Notes under the pieces: generated by a model
Told to the model about the DNA's origin: nothing
Databases searched by the model: none
The model's input: only the letters and a program-made list of their open reading frames with translations
Part shown: one piece after another, positions 10,996 through 22,871 of the stretch
Layout of the letters: every line of letters begins with the position of its first letter
Numbering within the stretch: position 1 is the first letter of the stretch
Program-made: the position numbers and the translations under genes
Assembly: GCA_943704425.1 (NCBI GenBank)
Contig: CALSCP010001908.1
Coordinates: 1-32,612 of the forward strand
Length of the DNA: 32,612 bases
DNA from: Ministeria vibrans ATCC 50519
Lineage: Eukaryota > Protista > Filasterea
Direction of reading: 5' to 3'

Positions 10996-12537
10996 ATGCT
11001 TTCTTCGTCCAACCACCAGCTCAATGTGCTCTGCTATGTGACATTCGTGACCAGCATTATGCTGACGGCATGGAGCTGGTGGCGCATTCGCGACGACATC
11101 CGCGAGTATCTTGAAAGTGCCAATCCAAACCGTTCGGGCATTCTCGACCCGCTGAACCCGTATCAGACCGAAACATCTTACGTGTGCTTCGCGTTGGGCC
11201 TTGCATGCCTGTGCACTGTTGCACACCGCAGTACACAGGCCGTGTTGGGTCGTTCGGTCGCTGTGCGGTCGACCGTTTCCATTTTGCTCGGACTCACAAT
11301 CCTGCTGGGCATTTTTGGCACCGCTCCTGCTGCCACCGTCTCGATTGTGATGCAGCCTGTCCACTATTTTGGTCTTGCATTGGTGCATCGCTTTGCTGGC
11401 AGCTATCGACGCCAAGCATCCATGCTGTACGGATTTGCGCTGTCAATCGCACTGCTACAACTGAGCAACTCCAACCGAGATTTGCTCTCTGTATCCACCT
11501 CCGATGACCACTGGCTAGAATGGTGGAGACACGACGGCGCGCTAGATTTCCTTCCTTTATGGGTGCTTCGGCATCTTCGAGGCTATCGACACGGCTTCTC
11601 CTACTCGGTGATGCGCATGTTGGCCTTGCGCTTTGTCTCACTGGCGGTCGACATGCCCGAACTACCACCCTACGTCGAGCATGCCGCCTACTACTTTTAT
11701 CCTGTCAGTATTCTACGTAGCCCTCACATTCCCTTTGGCATGTGGTACGAGCAGTGGACGAGGAACACGATTGATGCGAAAAGATGGGATCGTGAGCTTC
11801 GCGGAGAGCCGCCTCGCACGGCGCGCTCGGGACTCGTTCTCGCCTTGAAACTTGCCTTGATTATTGCGCTGGTGGAATTTACCTCGGCGTATGTGTATCA
11901 ACCATCGCTGGTGACCATGATGGCCGAAGGTAGGCACAAGAGACTACTGGGTGAGCCCGACTTGGCGGTGTGGCTCTACCATTCGTCTACACCTCTTGTC
12001 ATTGCCTACTTTTTTGTGGGCGCTGTTGCCGGACAGCTGTGGGCGCTGGTCGCCGACGGTATTGTCATGCCGTACGACGTGCGTACGTCCCCCGTAATGT
12101 TCCCACGTCACATCTGGTCCATCAGCGCCTTCTGGAGTGTGATGAACGCGAGCATCTACTGCTTCACATCACGCTACGTGTACCTCCCGACTGGCGGCGG
12201 CGTCATTGGCATTGTCGCTGCCTACGCCTACTCTGCGTTGTGGCACAACGGCGACTTCTTGTCGTTTGCAGGACTCGCTGTCTACACGCTCTTTGAAAAG
12301 CTGGTCGTGGCGCGTCTCGTCGGGCGCGCACACTGGGGCGGTCTCCTCTCCGTTGTTTTGTGGCTGCCCGTCACCGCCTTGGTTACCTACATCTACTCCA
12401 TGGAGGGCGATGTCTACCTCACGTCGCTTCCCTACATTTTTGTTCATGCCCTCGTCGTATACGCCGCCACGCTGCTCCTCTGTCGGCTTTTCCCCGTTTG
12501 TCAAAGCGAGAAGAACGACCGTGCCAAAGTAGATTGA
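10996..12537 (+). CDS. Membrane-bound O-acyltransferase, HHAT/GUP1-like (513 aa, intronless)
   Basis: Multi-TM protein with LRFVSLAVD, YYFYP....P.IPF, SISAFWSVMN...F..RYVYLP.GG and YSALWH (catalytic His). The RYVYxPxGG...WH pattern is characteristic of the HHAT/GUP1/AlgI/DltB branch. Confidence 0.85.
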   Translation: MLSSSNHQLNVLCYVTFVTSIMLTAWSWWRIRDDIREYLESANPNRSGILDPLNPYQTETSYVCFALGLACLCTVAHRSTQAVLGRSVAVRSTVSILLGLTILLGIFGTAPAATVSIVMQPVHYFGLALVHRFAGSYRRQASMLYGFALSIALLQLSNSNRDLLSVSTSDDHWLEWWRHDGALDFLPLWVLRHLRGYRHGFSYSVMRMLALRFVSLAVDMPELPPYVEHAAYYFYPVSILRSPHIPFGMWYEQWTRNTIDAKRWDRELRGEPPRTARSGLVLALKLALIIALVEFTSAYVYQPSLVTMMAEGRHKRLLGEPDLAVWLYHSSTPLVIAYFFVGAVAGQLWALVADGIVMPYDVRTSPVMFPRHIWSISAFWSVMNASIYCFTSRYVYLPTGGGVIGIVAAYAYSALWHNGDFLSFAGLAVYTLFEKLVVARLVGRAHWGGLLSVVLWLPVTALVTYIYSMEGDVYLTSLPYIFVHALVVYAATLLLCRLFPVCQSEKNDRAKVD

Positions 12538-12626
12538 TTTGTAGACGTAGAAAAGTGGGGTTTTCATATATAAAAAATGACATGCTTTGCATTGTACACT
12601 GGAAAAAATGAAAATGAAGTTCCGGT

Positions 12627-14801
12627 TTAAAACGGCTGTTGAACGTGAGGCAGGAAGGGGGCGGGTTGGAGGGTGACAGGATGAAAGGAGCCCACGGGTG
12701 GGGCTACGGATGGTGTGGGGCCAGTGTGGCTCAGGTAGTCGGTGGGCGCGCTTGGCTTTGTGCTGCCGTTGGTGGCGACGGTTGTCGTGGGGTTGAGGAA
12801 TGAGTTGAGGTAGGGCAGGCCGAAGTCGAGGTTGAGGGGCGGGAAGGCGGTTTCGGGCGAGGCGCGCGTGTTGTCTGAGGAGACGAGACTGAAAATGGCC
12901 GAGTGGGGACCGTACGGTCCATTGGTTGTGTCGGGCGACATGGAAGTCTCCTGCTCGAGGAAAGCGCGAGCTTCGTAGAGGTCACGCTGCATGGTGTCGA
13001 CGTAGGGCATGGACTCGGTGAGCCACTCGTCGACGCGTACCGACGCCATGGGCGAGGCGCGCGTGATGCGCTCCAGCTCAAGAACCTGAGCTGAGGGAGC
13101 CGCTGTGGTCGAGGGACGTGAGCGTGAAGCGGCAGCGGCCGCAGCTGCGGCAACGGCCGTGGCCGACGCTGCAGCTGCGGCCGTCGCCTGGGGTCCAAGT
13201 GCGGCAAATAAATGTTTAGTGCCCATAGCGGCGACTGCGGCGGCTGAAGCGGCGGCAGCGGCGGAATTCGCACGCCGTTGCTGCTGTACACGCTGGTGCT
13301 GTTGTTGTTGCAAATGCATTTGCTGGAAATGGTGATGTTGTTGGTGTTGTTGCATGAGGAGTTGTCCTTGTTGTTGCTGTTGCTGTTGCTGTTGTTGCTG
13401 TTGTTGCTGCTGCTGCTGTTGTTGTTGTTGTGGGTCTTGATCGAGAACCATGAACGGAAAGGGTTGACGTGATTGTTGGGGCGGTGAAAGTGCAGTAGGA
13501 AGTACGGGAGTGTACGAGGAAGCGAGGTATTGTGTCAAGGACAAGTGAGGTTGGGTTTGTTGTTGCTGCTGATGGTGCGAAGTGTGCTGTTGTTGCTGTT
13601 GCTGTTGCTGTTGCTGCTGTTGTTGCTGGAGGGTGTGTTGCAGTTGTTGTTGGAGTTGGTGGGCGGAGGCTGCGGCGGCCACGACGGCAGCGGTAGCAGC
13701 GGCGACTGGGTCGCTGTAGCCGGTGGTGATGGAAGCGAGGTCGCGTTCGAGTTGCGTGACAAAACGCACCTGAGCGGGAAGTGGACTTGGAGCGCAGCCG
13801 TGACGAGGAAAGTGAGTCTCAAAGTCGCTGAGAAGAAGGAGTTGGGCATTGAAGAGACGCGGCACAATGGATAGACGAAAGTTGATGGTTTGCAGGAGGT
13901 CGCGACAAGCATCGACCACTGTGTTCTGCGATGCCTGCTGGCTACTCTCGAGTGTCGCACACAGCTGGTTGACCTCTAGCGAGACAGTCGAATGGCAAGT
14001 CTGGCGCAAAAACTGAGTGAGAAGGCATATTGCCCTCCAGGTGATTTCGGCCGTCGAGGACTGCTCGTAGGTCGACGTGGATGAAAGGGTGTGCTGATGT
14101 TGTGGCTGTTGTTGTTGTGGCTGTCGAGATTGCTGTGGTTGTTGATGTTGGGGATGAGATGAGGCAGAAAAAGATGTCTGACGATGAAAAAAAGGATCTG
14201 CCGCGAGGGGTACGGACGAAGGCGCCGCTGTGGTGCCGGGAAGGTGGGTCGTGGTGTCGATCGCGGCTGGGGACGAAGGCGATGGCTGAAAGAGCGCCTG
14301 TTGGCGCGGAGAGAGAGGGAGGGGCGGTGGCGAACGATTGGCCGAAAAGCAATTTGGAGAGTAAAAGGATCCGCCCGCGGCCGCCGCAGCGGGCAAGGGG
14401 TAGCCATACTGAGTGGGAACGTAGGTGCAGTTGGGCACGTTTGTGGGCAGGGGCGCTGCAGTAGGTGCCGTCGGAACGAAGGATCGCGCAGTTGCGGGTG
14501 TGTTGGGTGCGTAGTACGACGAATGTGTGTCTGGATAGGATGCTGGGGGTAGCCCCGCGACGTTGGGCCAGGTGGGGGCAGTGGGGGCGTTTACGACGTT
14601 TGCCATTGACGTCGTCGCAATTTTTCTTGCACGTTTGCGCTGCTGACGTTCCTCCTCGACGTCGTGTTGGTCCAGCACGGCATCCTCCTCGACGGCCAGA
14701 CGTGTACGTTCGCGTGCACGCACCGCCGACGCCCGTACAGGCCGGCTGGACGGGCGAATCTCCCCAAAGTGGACGTCAGCGCCATTTACAAGACCATTCA
14801 T
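12627..14801 (-). CDS. Orphan low-complexity polyQ/polyA/Pro-rich protein (~724 aa), possibly nuclear
   Basis: 2.2 kb uninterrupted ORF with first ATG at 14801. Basic cluster QQRKRARK, three Gln tracts, Ala tracts, and two predicted helical islands (EITWRAICLL...LERDLASIT; VLELERITR...EARAFLEQE). No family recognised. Confidence 0.75.
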   Translation of the reverse strand: MNGLVNGADVHFGEIRPSSRPVRASAVRARERTRLAVEEDAVLDQHDVEEERQQRKRARKIATTSMANVVNAPTAPTWPNVAGLPPASYPDTHSSYYAPNTPATARSFVPTAPTAAPLPTNVPNCTYVPTQYGYPLPAAAAAGGSFYSPNCFSANRSPPPLPLSPRQQALFQPSPSSPAAIDTTTHLPGTTAAPSSVPLAADPFFHRQTSFSASSHPQHQQPQQSRQPQQQQPQHQHTLSSTSTYEQSSTAEITWRAICLLTQFLRQTCHSTVSLEVNQLCATLESSQQASQNTVVDACRDLLQTINFRLSIVPRLFNAQLLLLSDFETHFPRHGCAPSPLPAQVRFVTQLERDLASITTGYSDPVAAATAAVVAAAASAHQLQQQLQHTLQQQQQQQQQQQQQQHTSHHQQQQQTQPHLSLTQYLASSYTPVLPTALSPPQQSRQPFPFMVLDQDPQQQQQQQQQQQQQQQQQQQQQGQLLMQQHQQHHHFQQMHLQQQQHQRVQQQRRANSAAAAASAAAVAAMGTKHLFAALGPQATAAAAASATAVAAAAAAAASRSRPSTTAAPSAQVLELERITRASPMASVRVDEWLTESMPYVDTMQRDLYEARAFLEQETSMSPDTTNGPYGPHSAIFSLVSSDNTRASPETAFPPLNLDFGLPYLNSFLNPTTTVATNGSTKPSAPTDYLSHTGPTPSVAPPVGSFHPVTLQPAPFLPHVQQPF

Positions 14802-15063
14802 GCCTCCCACACAAGAGAACTCTGGGACCGCTCAGTCCACAGCAAAAGCCAACAGGCACTGAAGGGCAGGGGGCGAGCGAGATTGCAATTTGATTGCCCT
14901 ATTTGGATTTTTGGATTTTTCTTTTTGGGCATTTTTTTGCCATAAATTTTTTTATACAAATCATTATACCTAAAATATAGAAATCAAATCAAATCAAATC
15001 AGTATCAGCTTATTCTTCTTCTCCCTCCTTCTCTCTCTCTCTCTCTCTGCGTTTTCTTGATCC

Positions 15064-18000
15064 ATGTCAGAAAGAAGAGGATTGTTAGATGACGCGATAG
15101 CGAGCGATCAGAGTGATGACGAGGACACTTTTCATGTGAGGGAAGAGGTAAACGATCGTTTGTGCTGTTGTGTGGGGCCGTAACGCTTCTGCGACTAGAC
15201 GCATGGACGAGGTGGTGGGACAGCAAGCGGCGTGTGGAGTCCACGAAGTGCCCAATTCAATCATGATGGTATCACAACGGTTCTTTGGTGTGCATTTGAT
15301 TCTCACTCTCTCTGACACGACACTCCAGAGTCCGATGATGAGCCCATATTTGGCGCTGAAACCGATACAGTCGTTGTCGGCAGTGGACTTCCTCTCGACG
15401 AGAATGGCCTAGCCAGCACCGTTGAGCCCGAGACACTCTCGCTAAAGCACACCTACGACGATTTCACCACAATCGGTACTGTACCACTTGACTGCCCTCT
15501 CCCTCCCTCACAACCAAGCACATGCTACATATTAAGCACTAAACATTAAGCACTTGCACGCACCCCCAAGACACAACGACGCAAAGACCGAAGACACACA
15601 CACAGACCAAAGACAAACACACAAAGACCAAAGACACACACACACAAAGACACACACAAACACACGCACAAACACACACACACACACGACTCTGCCTTCT
15701 CTGCCCCTTTCTACTCTTTTTTGAATTTGAATGTGCCTCATATATTATTATGTCCTTGAACTTCTTTTTTCTTTTTCTAAATAGACTGGGTGCGCGACCA
15801 GGTTCGTGAACAGGAACGATTGCGAGCGAACCACTATCGACGACCCACTACGTTTCGCTTGAGGTTATGGTCGTCGTTTGACGCGATTCAGGGCTGGATC
15901 GTTGTGCTACTTGTGGGTCTGGCGGCCGGTGTGCTAGCGGGCGTGCTCGACGTGTCGGTTGACTGGCTTTCGAATGTGAAGATGGGCGTGTGTCGTGGGG
16001 GATTCTGGTTGACAAAACGCGACTGTTGTTGGGCAGAGGTGAGTGAAGACTCGCCCGAGTCGGTCTGTCACAGTTGGTTGTACTGGAGCGAAGTGTTCAG
16101 CGGCAAGAGTGGCATTGATGTGGGTCTGTCGGACAACGCAACCGCCTCCACCTATGTTATCAATTACGTTTTCTACGTGCTTATCAGCGTCATGCTGGCG
16201 GCCGCCTCGGCGCTGATTGTGCGCGACTACTCAGTGTATGCGTCCGGCAGCGGCATTCCCGAGGTGAAGACCATCCTGGGCGGCTTTGTCATTCGACGTT
16301 ACCTCGGTCTGTGGACTCTTGTGACCAAACTGGTGGGCGCGTCGCTGTCGGTCGCATCGGGTCTGTCACTCGGCAAGGAAGGTCCAATGGTGCACATGTG
16401 CAGCTGTGTAGGCAATATCGTGTCGCGTCTCTTTCCCAAGTATCGAGACAACGAGGCAAAGAAGCGCGAGGTGGTGAGTGCCGCGAGTGCCGCGGGTGTC
16501 TCTGTGGCGTTTGGCGCGCCCATTGGCGGCGTACTCTTTTCGCTCGAGGAGATCAGCTACTACTTTCCGCACAAGACTATGTGGCGCTCATTCTTCTGTG
16601 CGCTCGTTGCGGCAGCCACTCTCATGTACCTGGATCCCTTCCGAACAGGTCGCTTGGTGCTGTTCGACGTCACGACTGGTGACAACCCATGGTATTTCTT
16701 TGAGATGCCCGCCTTTCTCCTCCTTGGCATCTTTGGCGGTCTGTTTGGCGCTGCCTTCAACGCCGCCAACACTCGCTGGTGCGCCTACAAGCAGGGCACC
16801 CGTATCCGCGCTTACCCCATTGGAGAAGTTGTTGTCGTCGCCCTGGTGACGGCCCTCGTCAACTACGCCAATCCGTATCAGCGTGGCCAGGCCTCCGAGC
16901 TCATTCTCGAAGTATGATCAAAGAAATTGTGCCACCTCATTCCCTCCAAATCTCACTTTTGTTTCTCTCTATCTATTACTCTCTCTCTTTTTCACTTTGT
17001 TTTTTCTCCTCTCTCTCTCTCTCTCTATCACTTTGTTTCCTCTTTTATTTCTTGCAATCACCATGTCTCTTTTTCCCTCTCTCTATCACTTTGCTTCTTT
17101 CTCTCTCTTTTTGTTTCTGTCTTTCTCTGTTTCTCTTCATGTGTAATAGCTCTTCAACAACTGTCCCAAAGATTCAGACGGCGGAGTAGACGCAGGCGGC
17201 GATCTGTGCGACTCGGCAAAGAATTTTGGTTCGGCTCTGTGGTTGCTCGCACTTGTGGCACTTTTTAAAATGGTCATCACTGTTTTCACCTATGGCATTC
17301 GTGTACCAGCAGGTACCTTACAAGATTTTGTTGTTTTTTTTTTGTTTTGGTGACCGAGATTTTCTATGCTTCAGGACTGTTTGTGCCTTCGATGACGATT
17401 GGCGCGTGTGTTGGACGCATCACAGGGGTCCTCATGTGGCAGTTGGTTCACCGTCATTCGTCGCTGGCGGAGCGTGTCTGTCCTGCCGACACAACCATTC
17501 CATGTGTGTCTCCCGTACGCGAAAGACAATCACTATAATAATAATAATAATAATAATGACGTTATGATAATAATAATACCACTTCTCATGTCACTCTTCT
17601 CTTTCCTCTTTCATTCATACACACACACACACACACACAGACACACACACACACACACACACATACACACACACTAGCACTATCTTATTCACCATCTTAT
17701 TGTTTTTTCTCTTTCCTTTCCCTCTCATTCGTTTTTCAGGGTTTATATGCACTTGTGGGGGCATCGGCAGCACTTGGAGGGATACTGCGTCTGCAAGTGG
17801 CTCTTGTGGTGGTGCTGTTTGAGCTGACGGGTTCGCTCTCAGACATTCTTCCCATTATGGTCGCAGTGGTGTCGGCCAAGTGGGTAGGGGATTTCTTTTC
17901 ACGCGAGGGAATCTACGATGCGCACATTCGCCTAAATGCCTATCCCTATCTGGACAACAAGATTGCTTTTGAGCACACGACACTGGCAGTGGATGCGATG

Positions 18001-18631
18001 CGACCGCAACGCGGTGATCCGCCACTGAGTGTGATTGCACTGGACGAGCACAAGACAGTGCACCATTTGCAGTCGCTGCTGCACGACAATGACTATGTGG
18101 TGAGTGGCTGGCCAGTCGTCGTGTCGCGCGAGTCCATGACACTGGTAGGTTATGTGGCGCGCAGTGAACTTAAAGCGGCACTGGCACACGCACAGCTGCG
18201 CTACGAGACGCAACATCGGGAACAAGGTCACCAAGACTCACTGGTGCTCACCAGCGTCAGTGCCACAGGCGCGTTGTCAGGCCAGAGTGCCTTCAATCTG
18301 TACCGTTGTTACTTTGGGCTGCGTGTGCCGTCACTGTCCACCTCTGACTACGTCCACTTGCGCTCGTGTCTCGACGACAGTCCCTTGCAGGTCACCGAGT
18401 CCACACCAATGGTCGTGGTTGTTGACATGTTCCGCAAAATGGGCCTAAGGTTGCCATAGAAGTAGTACTATTTGTGTCTGATGATACCTTTTTTTTTTTT
18501 CTTTTGCTGCATGTAGGCACGCGATTGTGGGGCGGAGCGGGCAGATTGTGGGTATCATCACGAAGAAGGATGTGATCCGTCACATGGAGCAGATGGACGA
18601 AGGGGGCGCAGAACACGTGCTCTTTCGATGA
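15064..18631 (+). CDS. CLC-3/4/5 (Gef1-like) 2Cl-/H+ exchanger with two CBS domains (~851 aa)
   Basis: Phase-consistent exons: 15064-15147, 15199-15268, 15329-15475, 15785-16911, 17150-17312, 17375-17514, 17740-18449, 18517-18631. Motifs: YDDFTTIDW, GSGIPE, GKEGP (gating Glu), GGVLFSLEE (proton Glu), GLFVP, EGIYDAHI, FRKMGLR, GIITKKD. Confidence 0.95.
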
Positions 18632-18723
18632 CTTATACGAATAAATGAGAGAGTATGTACTGTATAATTATCCCCACTGTGTGCACAGCAGTGAAAATGG
18701 AATGTTCTCGACGGACTAGCTAC

Positions 18724-19622
18724 TTAGACGACGAGGGCCGTGGCCATTCCACCGGCTAACATGGCGACAACGGCGAAGAATGAAAGCACGTTGCCAAGGG
18801 CGGTTCCGGAGATGCCGTGGCCCGAGGTACAACCACCGGCAAGACGCGAGCCGAAGAGCATGATGAGACCGCCGAAGAAGGCGCGCGACGGGGCCAGAGG
18901 CGCTGCAACGCCCATTGACCTGGAGGCAGACGCCGAGAGGAACCCGCCCAGGATGGCGCCTCCCGTATAGATGACTTGCCACCAGTTGGAGAGGCCGTCC
19001 TTGACGCTCATGAGATAGTTGCTACGCACGGCCATGCGAGGTGCACACGCATAGCAGGCATTGGCGAGCTCGGTGGTGTACGAGGAAGATGTGCCCAGCG
19101 TGTCGCCGAGGAGAAGCGTCACTGGCAATTGCAGGAGGCCAATAATCGCGCCGCTCACATAGGGAGACCAATAGCGACCAGCCATATTGGTGATGATGTC
19201 AGCTGAAGCGGGAGCCCCCACATCAACGCGCCACGGAACTAGCGACTCAAGAACCGCAACCAAGGCGGCCACGGCAACGCCCAGCGCAACAATGACCACC
19301 GGATACGACGTGTGTGTTTTCTCCTCGACAAACTTGGTGGGACCAATGTCGCCGACGGGCAAGACCGCGCGGCGCAGCATCGGCTCGGACACCGCGTACA
19401 AGAAGACACCCGCAAATCCGCCTACCAACACGTACAGCGCGGACGACACGCCGGCTCCCAATTGAACAAGAACAGTACCCGGACATGCGCCCGACATGGT
19501 CATTCCCGCGCCCAGCATGGCGCCACCGAGACCCACAGCGAGCAGTCCGCGATGCATCGTGAGTCTGTGCAACACAATGACAACAATAGCCATGATCATA
19601 TTAAAAGTATTATAATAATAAA

Positions 19623-19663
<41 letters not shown>

Positions 19664-20023
19664 TGCTGTAACTTACTTAAAAGCGAATTTTGCGTTGGAA
19701 ACGCTCGTGGGCGCCAGATAAGAGAGTGCTGCGAGCGAGAAGCAGCTCGAGGAAATGGCGCTCAGGAACATTTTGAACATGACAAAGTGTTGAAATTTCA
19801 TTTGGCCTAAATGGCACAATAATAAGCATTGTATGTGGACTGTCACCGGTCTTACCACTTCCTTGGCCATACCTACAATCAAATTTGGCTCGAAGACGCG
19901 ACCCTTCTCGATGGCAATGCCGAATGCGATGCCGGCCGAGGCCGCAGTCAAAATCCTCGCACTTGTCACAAGCACCGAACTCTCCTCGTCCACATTCGGC
20001 TCGGTGCTATCCTTGGATGCCAT
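18724..20023 (-). CDS. YeeE/YedE (TsuA-family) sulfur-compound transporter (~373 aa)
   Basis: Exons 20023-19873, 19806-19677, 19564-18724. Motifs GIAFGIAIEKGRVFEP, GGAMLGAGMTMSGACPG and FGG.IMLFGSRLAGGCTSGHGISG, the two Cys-containing sulfur-transport motifs. Confidence 0.9.
19626..19663. repeat. (AAT)n microsatellite in a YeeE intron
   Basis: Trinucleotide run. Confidence 0.9.
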
Positions 20024-20182
20024 AGCAGTACGACTACTAAATATGTGATATTATTTTAATAATTATTTTGAATTTTTGAGTTGGTTTGATTTTTTGATTG
20101 GATTCAAGCAATACATTGAATCGTAATTTTGAGGGAGACTCGGTTGAAATGAATGGTTAAAAGATACTTCAGTATAAAGAAG

Positions 20183-21824
20183 TTACACACTCTCTTTGAG
20201 CAACCAAAAATCGTAGTACGCAGTGCCATCGCGCGCATCAAGTTGCTGGAAGTGCAAGTGAGTGTCGTTGAATGCTGTGATGCGACCGTAGCCTAGAAAG
20301 TAGAAGGGCACAGTGTCAACGTAAACAAACTATGTACACCCTCATTTTCTTTTTCTCACCACGGCGATACTGCGTGTCGCGAAACGCGTCCCAAGGTTGT
20401 TCGGGCACCGCAAAGAGGTCTTGGCCGTCGACACCGGCAATGCCGCTCTGGATGTGGATTGGTGAGGTGGGGTTGACAAACGAGTGGCTCGTGAGCGCTC
20501 CTTTGGCGACGGGAAGCGTCACTTCAAAGTGATGTGTGTGGCCTGCAAAGTACAGGTCAGTCTTGCTCTCGAGAAGAAGCGGCTCAAGGGCAAATTCCCT
20601 TGCAGTTGGGTCGTCGGCAGTGGGGCGGCCGTTGCGCAGGGTAAGAGCCTCGGCATTGCACTCGGCGTCGGTGTTCTTGGTGCAGTACATTGCGCGATGA
20701 CCAATGACAATCAGGTAGGGCGTGAGCGTCCGATTGACGCGCGCCAGATCAGCCTTGAGCCAGGCGTATTGTTGCGCGGCAAAGTCAAAGACGGGCGGGT
20801 AGATCCATGCGTCCGTGTCGATCATCGCAATGTGAACAAGAGGCAAGTCAAACGAGAGGTAGCGCACCGAGGGTGAATTTGAAGCGACCGCGAGGGACTG
20901 TTGCCCGTGAAAGCGCTTCAGAAAGGTGTCGTAACTATACTTCACATCCTGTTCGTGGTTTCCAACACCGGCAACATAGGGCACTCGCGTGGCCATTTTC
21001 GAGATAGCGTCCATAAATTGGTCGCCTCGTTGTCCACAATGATCGTCCAAGTTGTAAGCTACAGTTCGTGTTTGCATGAAGATTAGGGCGACAGTGTGAA
21101 CAAAAAAAAAAGAAGAAAAAAAAACAAGCAAACAAATCGTACGCACACACACACGTTACCTATGTCACCAAAATGGACCACTGCATCGTGAGCGCCCGCC
21201 AGTGCGTCTTTGGTAAGCTGCGGTACGCTTGAGATCGTGCTATTGTCGGTCATATCGCCAAAGAGCGCAAACGAAAAGGGCCTCTCCGATGCAAAGTCGA
21301 GTGGTTGGAAAGGGAAGAGAGGACTCCACACATCGCCGAGACGCAGCTCGAGTTCGCGCGAGCAATCCTCGACACCCTCAGAGTCGGTGTAGCACGCGAA
21401 CGAGCTCACTTGAAAGTACACAGGCTCGCCTGCCTTGTGTTCGGCGGGCAGCGGAATCGTCGCGCGGTGCATGAGACGCGAGGTGTTACAGCGATCCTCA
21501 ACGTACACCGACGGCTTCGTCTTGACTTGCTGAGGGAAAGACACACACACACACACATTCAACGGTCGCCAGCGCACACGTCAGCTTCTCAGCTCACCAT
21601 ACATTGTCAAGAACATCCTTGGAGAGCCCATACTTGACGAGCGAGCGCAGCGCAGGGAAAGCATCCTCAAAGGACACCCACGACACAACAAACTCCTGTG
21701 CGGTGCCGCCGAGCGTTGCCGTCACCTGCCGAGGCGTGTAGTCGTCAGCATGTACACGCGGCAGTGCCTGTGTGGCAACTGCGCAGCACACAACAAGCGC
21801 TACTGCGGTGAGTGAGCGAAGCAT
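20183..21824 (-). CDS. Purple acid phosphatase, ACP7/PAPL-like, secreted or lysosomal (~466 aa)
   Basis: Exons 21824-21603, 21529-21160, 21058-20360, 20292-20183. Signal peptide and FN3-like N-domain (VVSW...VKYG). Metal-ligand motifs FGDM, GDIAY, GNHE, GHRAMYC, GHTH; C-terminal GYGRITAFNDTHLHF. Confidence 0.93.
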
Positions 21825-22089
21825 AATAATAATAATAATAATAATAATAAACAGTGTTGACTAACGTCGATCACTTTATTGGCTTAGACACGGCTGGAAC
21901 TCCAAACTCCAAACTCCAAAGTGTTGCGATTTGTGGCTTGTCTTTTGTGCTCATGTGCTGCTCTTTGTTTTGTATAATGTCTTGTTTTGACAATGAGTTA
22001 TTTGAGTACAGCTCTCGAGTCTCGAATTCTCGATTAATTTATTTTCCTGATCACTTACTCACACTTAGCAATTCGCATCTTACTGTCTC

Positions 22090-22831
22090 ATGCTCTTGCG
22101 CCAGGCACATCTCGCATTATTGCGGACTCGATTGAGCCACACAGACCCTCTAATGGTCGCTGGAGCGGCACGTCGCGGTACTTCTTCTCTTCACACTCCC
22201 TTGGGGTTCTAGCTCATCCTCGCTTCTCCTCAGCAAGCGTTGTCGTGCCATTCTGTCTTGATGTTAACAATGAGCCGGCCTTGCTGTTTACCAAGCGAAG
22301 CGAGGAGCTTCCGACGCACAAGGGACAGGTTTCGTACGAGCCCATCACTCCACCACAGCCACAGCTCACCCGTCGCTTTGCAGCTTCCCTGGCGGCATGT
22401 ACGCGAAGAAGGACTCAAATGCAACGGAGTGTGGTCTGAGAGAGCTTGAGGAGGAGCTTGGAATACACCGAAGCGCCGTGGATGTCCTGGGAATGCACAA
22501 GTCGGCACCCAACCGAACCGGGACCATTTCTATTACGCCCGTCGTCGCCTACTTGGGAAAAATCGACCCGAGCCAACTGAACTACTGCAAACGAGGTATG
22601 TTTGGTGCTGACACTTGCATTTGTTTATGTGATCTTTGTCGCGCTGCAGAGGTCGACGCGGTCTTTACGCTGACACTGGCGCAGGTGACGGACAAGAGTG
22701 CGCGCGACACAATGGCGTACGAGGGACTCCAACTGCCCGTCGTGTCGGCGGGGCCTTACCCCCTATGGGGCATCACTCTTTACATTCTTGATAGATTACT
22801 TGCCGATCCGCAACTGATGCTCACACGTTAA
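22090..22831 (+). CDS. NUDT8: Nudix CoA diphosphatase, NUDT8-like
   Basis: Exons 22090-22177, 22234-22333, 22384-22595, 22650-22831. CoAse motif LLFTKRSEELPTHKGQVSFPGG, Nudix box G...D....CGLRELEEELG, EVDAVF, LWGIT. The start codon and the NUDT8 versus NUDT7 call are less certain. Confidence 0.8.
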
Positions 22832-22871
22832 TTAATAATGCAATGGTATAGTACAGTACAGTGATCATATG

